Source of the DNA: Octopus bimaculoides
Lineage: Eukaryota
Direction: 5' to 3'
Length of the DNA: 64,000 nucleotides
Assembly (NCBI RefSeq): GCF_001194135.2
Contig: NC_068984.1
Coordinates: 69,730,107 to 69,794,106 of the forward strand
Every line of letters starts with the position of its first letter. Position 1 is the first letter of the stretch. Positions 62,166-64,000 of the stretch are shown piece by piece. The notes under the pieces were generated by a model. The model saw only the letters and a program-made list of their open reading frames with translations. It was not told where the DNA came from and ran no database searches. A program made the position numbers and the translations under genes.

Positions 62166-64000
62166 GATGACCTGCCTTCCATGCTGGCACAGGTCATCAT
62201 GAGTGGAGTCATGCCCATCATTAGTTAATTCTTTGAAAGACTAGGTGCCTGTACATATCATTCGGTTAAGTTTCTATGGGTGGATGTCTTCTTTACTGTC
62301 AATCACTTTACATAGTGTAGAGGGTGGTTGAATAATGCTTCATGAGACAGAACTAGAAGGACCTCATAATCCCATACTTCATCTTGCTAATCAGAAAAAT
62401 AAAGGTACCATGTTCTCCCCCTCCTAAACTGCATCTGGTCCTTTATCAGCCAAGTGTCTGTGTATATCATGGATTTACCTTGTTCAATATATCATTCTTT
62501 ACTTGTATATGATAGGGTGTGATTTGAGGGTGAATTGGTGGTTATTTCTAGCAGGCTAAGTGACTGCGTAGAAGCCCACTCATTGGCTTGACACATTTTC
62601 CAGGTGATGCTAGATAGAGGATACAAATGAACATTATTTATATTCTTTATTTTCCTATCTCTCTAAATACACATATTTGTAGTTTTCTTGGAAGTCTTTT
62701 TATATATTCCATTCACTATCAACCAACATACTAATGCTTCTTTCACTTCATATTTAGCACAAAACTTATTCCACTTGCAATAAAATATATCAAAGATGGG
62801 GATAGGTTAAACAAAGCAATATATTTTCAACTACTCATTAATTTTGTCTTAGGGTCAAATACAAATCAACTAACTGTTGTAGGATACATGTCTTGTTAAT
62901 GGATGTAAACAGTTCTGTTAATGGATGTAAATATTCTGTTATTTTGCTTCCAACAAAACATCTGTTTTGCTTTCCAACAAAAATCTTATGTAAAACAAAG
63001 ACACTGCCATACACCAGATAATTTAACCTAAAACCGAATGATTCTACTCGTTGAACTGGCAGTGTTATCAATAAATTGCCGTTTCTGGAAGATTTTTCTA
63101 TTCTCTGTTTTCCTTGTCAAATGTTAAAATTCATTTCAAATAAAACATTTTAGAGAAAACAATTATGTAAAACCATAATAGATCTCTTAAAATACAGTTG
63201 GATTTTGCCAGAGCATAGGAAATAAAAGGTTAATTAAATTTTTAACATTCTTTCTATTCTATCATGCAAGTTATAAAAAGTGTTCCACTAGATAACGCAG
63301 CTTAAATATATTTTATTTTTGTACATTTGAAATTTTTCTTTTAATTTTTCTTTAAGAGTTACTGTAAGCCTATTGTAAATTATAAAGTAATGCTGCTTAA
63401 AGAATGCATTTTAAGTAGCCTTGTTTAGAATTACTGTCTTACAGTTTGGCAATGGTTTACAATCCTTATAATGCATATATCAAAATGTTTATTTTCTGTT
63501 TGTAAAGAAAAATATGCAGTGCTTTTCTTTTTCTTTCTGAGTACAATTTATTCCACTATATCTTTTTAAGACAGAATTTTCTCAAAGATGCTGGTCTGTC
63601 TGAATCCTTGAATTAAAATTCTAATTCATAAGCTGAAATGTCTATTTGGTATATACTGTTTGCTTAATTAGAAAGTCACTGAATATTTTGCATAAAAGTG
63701 ATCTGAAAGATACCAAACCAGAAAACTCTTAGAATTTTGAAGACTAAAAAATGCCTTGTTATTTGATACCCATTTTAATTAATCTGCTCTGAAATGGAAT
63801 GGCTTTTCAAACGTGACAGCTTCAATTAAAACCATAATGACATTTGAGAACAGAATGAAAACTCTTTGTAAAACTGCAAACTGTAAACAAAATAGGCGCA
63901 CAAAGTGCTTGCTTATGTGTGTTTTCACAATGACAGTCTGGTTTACAAAACATGACATCACAATATGTTCACAATATGAATAGGTTTATGATTTTTTTTC

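Overview
AT-rich eukaryotic scaffold segment, dense in repeats and microsatellites, with seven large N gaps and three 10-N gaps. The repeat complement (two tRNA-headed SINE families, RTE LINEs with (GAT)n tails, Penelope-like elements, mariner/Tc1 relics, very long TA/CA/TCTA/CAT tracts) suggests an octopus genome. That attribution is from pattern recognition, not a database search. I could not confidently identify any host protein-coding gene. The supplied ORFs are transposon relics, microsatellite read-throughs, ORFs spanning N gaps, or short ORFs consistent with chance. Well-supported content: RTE fragments, an R4/Dong-like LINE sitting in (TAA)n, two Penelope-like GIY-YIG relics, a full-length decayed mariner nested in a SINE, an internally deleted DD37D-like element, and hAT, TA-TSD and piggyBac-like MITEs. 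The best leads for follow-up are: (1) a Penelope-derived module joining a tRNA-like head, (AAT)n and a degenerate hammerhead-ribozyme core, present twice; (2) a perfect 44-bp inverted templated insertion copied from 1.3 kb away; (3) a CpG-rich promoter-like island at 44.1-44.6 kb whose candidate splice donors lie inside a predicted stem-loop; (4) an RTE copy with twin-priming-like inversion geometry; (5) several long hairpins or inverted repeat pairs that could be ADAR substrates. I see no evidence for a genuinely new multi-gene system.
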